Below, piece by piece: positions 20,339-26,983 of a stretch of DNA of 47,452 nucleotides (positions are counted from its first letter, which is position 1; every line of letters starts with the position of its first letter). Under the pieces are notes generated by a model. That model was given only the letters and a program-made list of their open reading frames with translations. It made no database searches and was not told the DNA's origin. The translations under genes and the position numbers were made by a program. This DNA comes from an uncultured Clostridia bacterium. GTDB lineage: Bacteria > Bacillota > Clostridia > Christensenellales > Borkfalkiaceae. The stretch covers positions 1-47,452 of the forward strand of contig CAJGCK010000001.1 in the NCBI GenBank assembly GCA_904501795.1, in the 5' to 3' direction.

Positions 20339-21533
20339 TCTAATTAACAAATGCCAAGAAAAATTACGCGATAAATTTAATGAAATAGAAAAAATAGCAC
20401 TTTTTAACCAAGAAAAAGTACTAAATGCATTTAAAAATAATAAAATTGCTTTAAGACACTTTGTATCAACAAACGGTTATGGTTACGGTGACGAAGGTCG
20501 TGACACGCTAAATCAATTATTTGCCGAAGTTTTTAAATCTGAATCTGCAATTTGCTCGCCATACATAGTGTCGGGCACTCACGCGTTGGCACTTTGTCTT
20601 TTTGGTGTGTTAAAAAACGGTGATACCATGTTATCAATCGTTGGAAATCCTTATGATACGTTAAACGACGTTATTAACGGCGAAGATAACGGTTCTCTTG
20701 CTGATATAGGTGTTAATTTTGATAAAATTAAACTAATAAACGGGCAGTTTAACAAACAATCAATTGCAGATTATTTGAAGAATAAAACGCCTAAAATGGT
20801 ATATATACAACGTTCTAGGGGCTACGAATGGCGAAACGCATTATCTATCGCTCAAATAAAAGACGTTGTAGAGTTTTTAAGGGAGCTTAACTTTAAGGGT
20901 TGTATTATGGTTGACAACTGTTACGGTGAGTTTATAGACTATAAAGAACCGATTGAAGTAGGCGCTAATCTTATTGCGGGATCATTAATAAAAAACCCCG
21001 GTGGAGGCATAGCCCCAACAGGTGGTTACGTGGCGGGCGATAAAGTTTACGTGGATAAAGTCTTAAACCGCATGACCGCACCGTCTATCGCCGGTGAAGT
21101 AGGCTCTTATTTGGCAGGGTACGGTTTATATTATCAAGGTTTATTCCTTGCACCTCACACCGTTTCACAAGCAGTTAAAGGCTCTATGATAATAGGCGCA
21201 GTTATGAATGAATTAGGATACGAAGTGTCTCCAAGCATAAACGAACTACCTGGCGATATTATACGCGCAATTAAGTTTAACGATAAAGATAAGTTAATAC
21301 AATTTATACAAAATATTCAAGCAAATTCACCGGTCGACAGTCACGTTTTGGCGCTTCCTTGGGCAATGCCTGGCTATCAAGACGAAGTAATTATGGCTGC
21401 GGGTTGTTTTGTTCAAGGCTCGTCAATTGAATTATCTGCAGATGCACCAATAAAACCGCCTTATATCGGTTATTTACAAGGCGGTTTAACGTACGAACAC
21501 TGTATTATAGCATTAAAAAATATGAATTTGTAA
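20325..21533 (+). CDS. Methionine gamma-lyase family / aluminium-resistance-type PLP protein (YnbB-like)
   Basis: 402 aa. Family recognition is by overall similarity, from memory, to the YnbB / Met_gamma_lyase family that commonly follows miaA in Firmicutes. Confidence 0.7.
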   Translation: MIDSNLINKCQEKLRDKFNEIEKIALFNQEKVLNAFKNNKIALRHFVSTNGYGYGDEGRDTLNQLFAEVFKSESAICSPYIVSGTHALALCLFGVLKNGDTMLSIVGNPYDTLNDVINGEDNGSLADIGVNFDKIKLINGQFNKQSIADYLKNKTPKMVYIQRSRGYEWRNALSIAQIKDVVEFLRELNFKGCIMVDNCYGEFIDYKEPIEVGANLIAGSLIKNPGGGIAPTGGYVAGDKVYVDKVLNRMTAPSIAGEVGSYLAGYGLYYQGLFLAPHTVSQAVKGSMIIGAVMNELGYEVSPSINELPGDIIRAIKFNDKDKLIQFIQNIQANSPVDSHVLALPWAMPGYQDEVIMAAGCFVQGSSIELSADAPIKPPYIGYLQGGLTYEHCIIALKNMNL

Positions 21534-22127
21534 TTAAAACTTTCTAATCAATCCTTTCACAACGCCTATGATTTCAACGTTATCGAAAACCATATCGCTC
21601 ATTTGACTGTTTTCAGGGCGTAAAATTACTTTTCCACCTTTTAAAACAAGTCTTTTAACAGTTGCTGCATCATCAATCATTGCGACTACGATTTGACCAT
21701 TTTCGGCAACGTTTTGCTTGTTAACGATAATAACGTCTCCTTCAAATATTCCGGCGTTTATCATACTATCGCCAACAACTTTTAAGGCAAATTCCTCTCC
21801 ATTTAATAAAAAATCGTTTGACAAGGGGAGATAGCCTTCGATATTTTCTTCAGCAAAAATAGGTGCGCCGGCGCGGATAGTACCAACAATCGGCACGTTC
21901 TTGGCGTTCTTATTGTTATTAGCTACCGATATGGCCCTTTTTTTAAGAGGAGACTTCTCTAATAAACCACGTTGCTTTAATTTTTCAACGTAAGAGTAGG
22001 CGGTTGCGGTTGACTTAATGTTTAGTTTTTCACAAATTTCTCTGATAGACGGGGGATAACCGTTGTTATCAACGTAATCTAAAGTGAAATTGTATACGCT
22101 TAAAATTTTATCTTCTATATTTTTCAT
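21534..22127 (-). CDS. lexA: LexA repressor
   Basis: 197 aa with an N-terminal wHTH, the Ala-Gly cleavage region RAGAPIFAEE, the S24 peptidase motif VVGDSM and a downstream Lys. Its own promoter carries a LexA box. Confidence 0.92.
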   Translation of the reverse strand: MKNIEDKILSVYNFTLDYVDNNGYPPSIREICEKLNIKSTATAYSYVEKLKQRGLLEKSPLKKRAISVANNNKNAKNVPIVGTIRAGAPIFAEENIEGYLPLSNDFLLNGEEFALKVVGDSMINAGIFEGDVIIVNKQNVAENGQIVVAMIDDAATVKRLVLKGGKVILRPENSQMSDMVFDNVEIIGVVKGLIRKF

Positions 22128-22133
22128 ATCTTA

Positions 22134-22162
22134 ATTATATCAAAATTTTATTTAGATGTCAA
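22134..22162 (-). promoter_or_regulatory. Consensus sigma-A promoter of lexA, positioned for a leaderless transcript
   Basis: On the minus strand: TTGACA (22162-22157), a 17-nt spacer, TATAAT (22139-22134), 6 nt (TAAGAT), then ATG at 22127. There is no SD. Confidence 0.65.
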
Positions 22163-22173
22163 ACAAACGTTCG
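22160..22173. promoter_or_regulatory. LexA (Cheo/SOS) box
   Basis: CAAAC-AAAC-GTTCG has one mismatch to the Gram-positive consensus CGAAC-N4-GTTCG. It overlaps the lexA -35 by 3 nt. Confidence 0.6.
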
Positions 22174-22197
22174 TAATTTATTAATCAAGGAGCAAAA

Positions 22198-22365
22198 ATG
22201 AAAGAAATTAAATGTGTTAAATACGATAGAATATGTATCGATTGTGGGGAATGCGACGAGTTTTGCGACCTTAACCCCGAAAAAAAGTGCGATAGTTGTG
22301 GAAAATGTATTAGCACCGATAAAAACTATAAAATTATTAAAATTACTAAAATTATAGAAAAATAG
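22198..22365 (+). CDS. Unannotated small Cys-rich protein (55 aa, 8 Cys), divergent from lexA
   Basis: ATG 22198 preceded by AAGGAG 22187-22192 with a 5-nt spacer; TAG 22363-22365. Translation: MKEIKCVKYDRICIDCGECDEFCDLNPEKKCDSCGKCISTDKNYKIIKITKIIEK. It is absent from the ORF track only because it is under 60 aa. Confidence 0.5.
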   Translation: MKEIKCVKYDRICIDCGECDEFCDLNPEKKCDSCGKCISTDKNYKIIKITKIIEK

Positions 22366-22366
22366 T

Positions 22367-23434
22367 TTATTTCTCGGGATTTTTTCCTGATATATCAACG
22401 GATAATCCTGCTCTTTTTCTTGAATCTTCACTAATTGCCGCATAATGACGGCGCGTTGTATTAATGTCTCTATGACCAAGGCAATCGGCAACAATATAAA
22501 TATCACCAGTTTGTCTATAAAGGTTAGTACCAAACGTGCTTCGAAGCTTATGTGGCGATATTTTTTTTAGGGGAGACACGATTCTAGCGTACTTTTTAAC
22601 AAGTTCTTGAACTGTTCTTGTAGCAATTCGCTTTTTTTGTAGAGATAAAAACAGTGCTTTTTCATCCTTGCCAACCTTTTTATCGCCATTTCTTTGTTCA
22701 ACATAATCTTTTAATGCCTCATTAACTTGATTATTAAAATATAAAACAGCACGATTTCCGCCTTTTCGCGTAACAACAAAACTATTCGTAGGTAAATTAA
22801 TATCATCTACGTTTAAGCCAACCAACTCGCTAATACGAATTCCCGTGCCTAAAAATAAGGTAATAATGGCGATATCCCTAATTTTAGACGATTTATGAAA
22901 GTTCATTTGTTGTTTTGTTAGGCCGGAACCCGACTCAACAACGTACAAAAAATCACTCACTTCGTCAACTTTATCGTTCCTATCAAGCCTAATAATCTCT
23001 TTTTCATGAATTTTTGGCGTTGTAACTTTAGTCGGAATATTCGCAGATAAAACGTTTTTATTGAAAAAGTACTTGAAAAATGCGCGTAGGGTAGATAATT
23101 TACGTGCTTTTCCAGTCTCAGTACATCTTTCTTCCTTGCCATTTATGGTGTAATGACTTAAATAACTTAAAAAATATTCTATGTCTGTTGACTGCAGTTT
23201 CTCAAGATCGTCTAAGGCAATATAGGGCACAGACTTATCTCTAAAAACCTTTTTTGACAAAAAATCAAAGAAAATTCTTAAATCATATCCATAATTAAGT
23301 CTTGTTAAAGGGGACGTTCTTAATTCAACACCTATAAAAAAGTCCCTTACGTAATAAGGAAGCGTTTCTATAATATTATTCAATCTTTCAATACACGAAA
23401 TTTCTCTTTTTTCAAAGTACGATTTTTCAGCCAT
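22367..23434 (-). CDS. Tyrosine site-specific recombinase (Xer-like)
   Basis: 355 aa with an N-terminal SAM-like core-binding domain. The full catalytic set is present: R (GTGIRISEL), K (TRKGGNR), H-x-x-R (PHKLRSTF), H (LGHRD) and Y (RRHY). GGAGG RBS at 23446-23450. Confidence 0.85.
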   Translation of the reverse strand: MAEKSYFEKREISCIERLNNIIETLPYYVRDFFIGVELRTSPLTRLNYGYDLRIFFDFLSKKVFRDKSVPYIALDDLEKLQSTDIEYFLSYLSHYTINGKEERCTETGKARKLSTLRAFFKYFFNKNVLSANIPTKVTTPKIHEKEIIRLDRNDKVDEVSDFLYVVESGSGLTKQQMNFHKSSKIRDIAIITLFLGTGIRISELVGLNVDDINLPTNSFVVTRKGGNRAVLYFNNQVNEALKDYVEQRNGDKKVGKDEKALFLSLQKKRIATRTVQELVKKYARIVSPLKKISPHKLRSTFGTNLYRQTGDIYIVADCLGHRDINTTRRHYAAISEDSRKRAGLSVDISGKNPEK

Positions 23435-23499
23435 AGAGTAAAAACCTCCATTATTTTATTAGCATTTTTATTTCTTTGACGTGTAGGGCACACATATCG

Positions 23500-23533
23500 A
23501 ACTATGCGCAAAACACAACTTTTACGCATAGTT
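23500..23533. repeat. Near-perfect 14-6-14 inverted repeat; candidate recombinase core site, operator or 5'-UTR hairpin
   Basis: AACTATGCGCAAAA (23500-23513), CACAAC (23514-23519), TTTTACGCATAGTT (23520-23533). The arms are complementary at 13 of 14 positions. It lies 66 nt upstream of the recombinase ATG. Confidence 0.8.
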
Positions 23534-23546
23534 AAACCTTGAAAAT

Positions 23547-23575
23547 ATAATATCATATATAATTTGTTTTGTAAA
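23547..23575 (-). promoter_or_regulatory. Possible sigma-A promoter for the recombinase gene
   Basis: On the minus strand: TTTACA (23575-23570), a 17-nt spacer, then TATTAT (23552-23547). This would place the 14-6-14 repeat inside the 5' UTR. Confidence 0.4.
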
Positions 23576-23754
23576 TACGTTTTTAAAATTTATTTAATAA
23601 TTTCTTTATTTATTTTCTAACAAATATTTTTAATTAATTTTTCCTTTTTGTTAATCAGTTAAATTTAAAAAAATATTTATTAATTTATTTTTTTGTTATA
23701 AAATTATGTAATTTTAGAAAACGTTTGTAAATTACTTGTTATTTTTAAGGCTTT

Positions 23755-23769
23755 TTATGTCTGACATAA
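23755..23769. promoter_or_regulatory. Short perfect palindrome upstream of the PadR-like gene promoter (possible operator)
   Basis: TTATGTC-T-GACATAA contains the ATGT/ACAT half-sites typical of PadR operators, but with N3 rather than N8 spacing. It ends 22 nt upstream of the -35. Confidence 0.3.
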
Positions 23770-23790
23770 TTATAAAATTTTATTTATATC

Positions 23791-23819
23791 TTGACTGCAA
23801 ACAAAAATATATGTATAAT
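23791..23819 (+). promoter_or_regulatory. Sigma-A type promoter of the PadR-like gene
   Basis: TTGACT 23791-23796, a 17-nt spacer, then TATAAT 23814-23819. GGTGA RBS before ATG 23849. Confidence 0.6.
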
Positions 23820-23848
23820 TAAATAAAAAAAGTAGATTTTGGTGATTT

Positions 23849-25132
23849 ATGGATAATAAAGCAATTAGTAGTGATTTAATTCGTGGACATATTGATACGA
23901 TTATTTTACACGCATTATTAAACGGTAATAAATTTGCCGGTCAAATAAGCGAATATATCGAAGAAAAAAGCAATGGCGAATATAAAATCAACCAGGCTAC
24001 CCTATACAGTTCGCTTAAACGACTAGAAAACTTAAAATATATTAGTGGATATTGGCAAGACGCGCCAACTGGAAGAAGAAGATTTTTTAGATTAACCGAG
24101 CTTGGCAATCAAACCGTTTCAAATAATTTATCAAATTGGGAATACTCAAGAAAAATTATTGATAAATTAATGGATTTTGATTATACACCGTCACAAAAAA
24201 TTGTAGAAAAGGTTGTTTACGTTACTACGCCACAACAAAATGAAAAAATTAATATCGAAAATAGCAACTTCACTCTTCAATTAAATTCATTAAATTCTAC
24301 AGAAAACGATAAAACTAAAAATGAATTAAAAGAAAACCAAATAAGTCAAGAAAAAAAGCAAAACGATGTTGAAGAAGTTAATTTTAGAAATATTTTATAC
24401 GGTTTAATAAAAACTCAAAACTTAAACAACACGAAAAACGAACAAATTTTAATCAATTCAAACGATAACCCAAAAATCAATCAAATAATTGATAAAAATG
24501 TTGCCAGTAAGCACGAGAGCAACGAAATTTTTCTTGAAAAAGACAAAAAGATTGATTTTAATACCGCTGTAAACGATTCTAGATCAAATATTAACTTAAA
24601 AAATTACGATTCAACTGGAAGAATTGACTATAATCAAATGATTTCTACCGCCGAAAAAGACGGTATGAAAATTAAATTTTCTACAAAAGAAACAAAAACC
24701 ACTACAGGCACGACTTTAATTAACAAACTTTCGGTTTGTTCGGCAATGGTTGTTTTCTTATTGGTTTTATTAGAATATTTAGTTATTACGATTAATTTTG
24801 CTCAATTATTAAAGCCTTCTGCAGTGTTTATTTTGGTAAGTTTATTAATTTTTGTATCATTTCCAGTGCTTGAAGCAATAAGATTTTTTAAATCACCTAA
24901 TAAGATGTCTAAAACGATTTCCAAAGATTCGATTATTACTTCACTAATCGTTGTATTTAACTTGTTACTAATAACATTTGTTATTAATTTGTTTTTAGGC
25001 TTAGATTTTAGTAACTTATTTAACTCGATTTTGTTCTTTTATACGCCTTGTTTGTTGTTTGTAAACGTTTTTATTTTTTATTTAGTTAGATTTCTACTAT
25101 CTAAATTGCCAAATTTTAACGTAAAAAAATAG
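23849..25132 (+). CDS. PadR-family wHTH regulator fused to a low-complexity linker and a 4-TM C-terminal domain
   Basis: 427 aa. The N-terminal roughly 95 aa (IRGHIDTIILHALLNG...ATLYSSLKRLENLKYISGYW...RRFFRLTELG) is PadR-like. About 170 aa are N/K/Q/E-rich. Four hydrophobic helices occupy the last roughly 150 aa. Confidence 0.75.
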   Translation: MDNKAISSDLIRGHIDTIILHALLNGNKFAGQISEYIEEKSNGEYKINQATLYSSLKRLENLKYISGYWQDAPTGRRRFFRLTELGNQTVSNNLSNWEYSRKIIDKLMDFDYTPSQKIVEKVVYVTTPQQNEKINIENSNFTLQLNSLNSTENDKTKNELKENQISQEKKQNDVEEVNFRNILYGLIKTQNLNNTKNEQILINSNDNPKINQIIDKNVASKHESNEIFLEKDKKIDFNTAVNDSRSNINLKNYDSTGRIDYNQMISTAEKDGMKIKFSTKETKTTTGTTLINKLSVCSAMVVFLLVLLEYLVITINFAQLLKPSAVFILVSLLIFVSFPVLEAIRFFKSPNKMSKTISKDSIITSLIVVFNLLLITFVINLFLGLDFSNLFNSILFFYTPCLLFVNVFIFYLVRFLLSKLPNFNVKK

Positions 25133-25140
25133 AAAGTTAA

Positions 25141-25168
25141 AAAAACCATCTTTTTTAAGATGGTTTTT
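25141..25168. terminator. Bidirectional intrinsic terminator between the convergent PadR-like gene and rluB
   Basis: AAAAACCATCTT, TTTT loop, AAGATGGTTTTT. The 12-bp stem is flanked by an A-run and a T-run. Confidence 0.75.
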
Positions 25169-25185
25169 TTGTAATAATAATTTTG

Positions 25186-25890
25186 TTATAAATTTATTAA
25201 ATAATCAACTTCTATTGGTGAAAGTTGCCTAATTTCTCCACGATTTAAGCCTGTAAGTTTTAGATCGCCGATTTTAATACGTTTTAATAAACAAACGCAG
25301 TTATTTACCGTTTCAAACATTTTTCTTATTTGTCTATTTCTTCCTTCAGATATCGTAACGTGAAGTTTTGAGCCTGTTTTGTCAGTTTCAACTAATTTAA
25401 CGTTACATTTTTTAGTTTTAACACCGTCTATATAAACGCCTGAGCGCAACTTTGATAAATCATCCTCTGAAACAGGCTTTTCAGTTTTAACCAAATAAGT
25501 TTTTGGGATTTCGTTTTTAGGATGAGTTAACTTAAATGTTAGATTTCCGTCGTTTGTCAATATTAAAAGCCCTTCACTATCATAATCGAGTCTACCAACG
25601 GGAAAAAGCCTTTTTGCGTTTGATGGCAATAAATCCATAACGGTTTTTCTGCCCTTGTCGTCTTTAACGGTGCAAACGTAACCTTTCGGCTTATTCATTA
25701 TATAATAATCGTATTTTTTTACTACGTTTATAGGCTTACCGTTAACAACAACGTAATCCTCACCAACCGACACTTCATCACCTAAATTGGCAATTTTACC
25801 GTTGATTTTAACAACACCCGTTTTAATTAGTTCATCAGCGCCTCTTCTTGAACAAACACCGCTTTCCGCTAAAAATTTATTAATTCGCAT
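25186..25890 (-). CDS. rluB: 23S rRNA pseudouridine synthase, RsuA/RluB family
   Basis: 234 aa with an N-terminal S4 domain (MRINKFLAESGVCSRR) and the catalytic motif GRLDYDSEGL. Confidence 0.85.
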   Translation of the reverse strand: MRINKFLAESGVCSRRGADELIKTGVVKINGKIANLGDEVSVGEDYVVVNGKPINVVKKYDYYIMNKPKGYVCTVKDDKGRKTVMDLLPSNAKRLFPVGRLDYDSEGLLILTNDGNLTFKLTHPKNEIPKTYLVKTEKPVSEDDLSKLRSGVYIDGVKTKKCNVKLVETDKTGSKLHVTISEGRNRQIRKMFETVNNCVCLLKRIKIGDLKLTGLNRGEIRQLSPIEVDYLINL

Positions 25891-25909
25891 AACTTATCCT
25901 TTTAAATGT

Positions 25910-26983
25910 TTAAGTATCTATAATAGTATAGATTTTTTCTTTAAAAATCAAGTTATTTAAAGCATAAATTTCAATTAATCCTATTTCAGTATCTTTTTTT
26001 ATACCTTTTCTTAGTGTCTTGGGCGTATTAATTATTGTTTTTAGGTTATTTTCTTCATCTTTTGAAAGCGGGACTTTTACGTCGTTTTTTATATAAAGTC
26101 CACACTTATTTCCTTGTTCTTCTACGTCTAAAAACTTAACTATTTCTTTTTTCTTAAATAACGTTTTAAGGCTATAAGTTGTTAAATATTCGTTTAGTAG
26201 TTCTTTTGATCGTTCAAACATAGGCGGACAATTTAATACGACGCAAACAACTTCCATCCCGTTTCTATAACAGCTTGAAACTAAACATCTACCCGCCTTT
26301 TTAGTATAGCCTGTTTTTACACCCGTCGCTCCATCAAAATCAAATAATAATTTATTTTTATTAACAAGCACACGTTTTGTATTTTTTGTAGAAAAAGGTA
26401 TTATCTTTTTTTTCGTTGAAACAATTTCTCTAAATGTTTGATTCTTTAATGCGTAAGCTGATATTAGCGCCAAATCATACGCAGTTGTGTAATGATTATC
26501 GTTATGCAAACCGTGAGGATTTACAAAATTTGAATTTTTTGCGCCTATCATTAGAGCCGTTTTATTCATTAAATTTGCAAAATCTTCTATACTACCACAA
26601 ACTTGATATGCTAATACCTCAGCACAATCATTGCCAGAACGCAACATTAACCCGTATAAAAGGTCTAAAACGGTTAATTTTTCGCCAACTTCTAAATAGA
26701 TGCTTGATCCTTCAACCCCGACCCCTTTATTAGTAACCGTTACTTCTTTATTGACGTCACAATTTTCTATAACGCATAACGCGGTCAATATTTTAGTCGT
26801 ACTTGCCATATATTTTTTAGAATACGCGTTGTTTTCATGCAAAACTCTGCCCGACTCAATTTCTAAAACTATCTCGGATACATCGTTGTTTTTCGCGTAT
26901 GAAACGTTGCTTTTTAGAAAAAAATTTCCGCAAAAACAAACGGTAGTTAATAAAATTGTCGTAAATATTTTTTTAATTTTCAT
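25910..26983 (-). CDS. dacB: D-alanyl-D-alanine carboxypeptidase (PBP5* type, sporulation-associated)
   Basis: 357 aa with a signal peptide and the S11 motifs STTK, SGND and KTGYT. Synteny scpA-scpB-...-dacB-rluB matches B. subtilis. Confidence 0.8.
   Translation of the reverse strand: MKIKKIFTTILLTTVCFCGNFFLKSNVSYAKNNDVSEIVLEIESGRVLHENNAYSKKYMASTTKILTALCVIENCDVNKEVTVTNKGVGVEGSSIYLEVGEKLTVLDLLYGLMLRSGNDCAEVLAYQVCGSIEDFANLMNKTALMIGAKNSNFVNPHGLHNDNHYTTAYDLALISAYALKNQTFREIVSTKKKIIPFSTKNTKRVLVNKNKLLFDFDGATGVKTGYTKKAGRCLVSSCYRNGMEVVCVVLNCPPMFERSKELLNEYLTTYSLKTLFKKKEIVKFLDVEEQGNKCGLYIKNDVKVPLSKDEENNLKTIINTPKTLRKGIKKDTEIGLIEIYALNNLIFKEKIYTIIDT

Noticed and set aside
22198-22365. Cys-rich ORF as a SCIFF/ranthipeptide-type RiPP precursor (MK.IK... 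start and a CGEC motif are reminiscent)
   Set aside because: No radical-SAM maturase or peptidase/exporter gene lies nearby. The Cys spacing and the Lys/Ile-rich C-terminal tail differ from SCIFF. It is kept as a generic Cys-rich SOS-linked micro-protein instead.
22159-22533. 124-aa minus-strand ORF from the track
   Set aside because: Its 5' part overlaps the recombinase 3' end in another frame. Its 3' part is antisense to the RBS-preceded Cys-rich ORF and runs across the LexA box. It has a hydrophobic, low-complexity sequence and no RBS.
23704-23712. TTATGTAAT resembling the XerD arm of the B. subtilis dif site (TTATGTAAACT)
   Set aside because: Only one half matches. The sequence where the XerC arm and central region should be (ATTTTTTTGTT ATAAAA) bears no resemblance. 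Such a match is expected by chance in DNA this AT-rich.
23577-23725. Imperfect inverted repeats ACGTTTTTAAAA (23577-23588) and TTTTAGAAAACGT (23713-23725) as the ends of an invertible promoter switch
   Set aside because: They are short (12 of 13), low-complexity matches in very AT-rich sequence, and no promoter is obviously enclosed. This cannot be distinguished from chance without comparative or read-orientation data.
23757-23822. 21-codon ORF (MSDIIIKFYLYLDCKQKYMYN) upstream of the PadR-like gene
   Set aside because: It overlaps the -35 and -10 of the PadR-like promoter, has a weak RBS and nothing to suggest coding.
22367-25132. Recombinase plus neighbours as a prophage remnant or integrative element
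   Set aside because: There are no phage, conjugation or transposition genes, no flanking direct repeats visible in the window and no adjacent tRNA. The neighbours are lexA and a regulator. This is not fully excluded without the whole genome.
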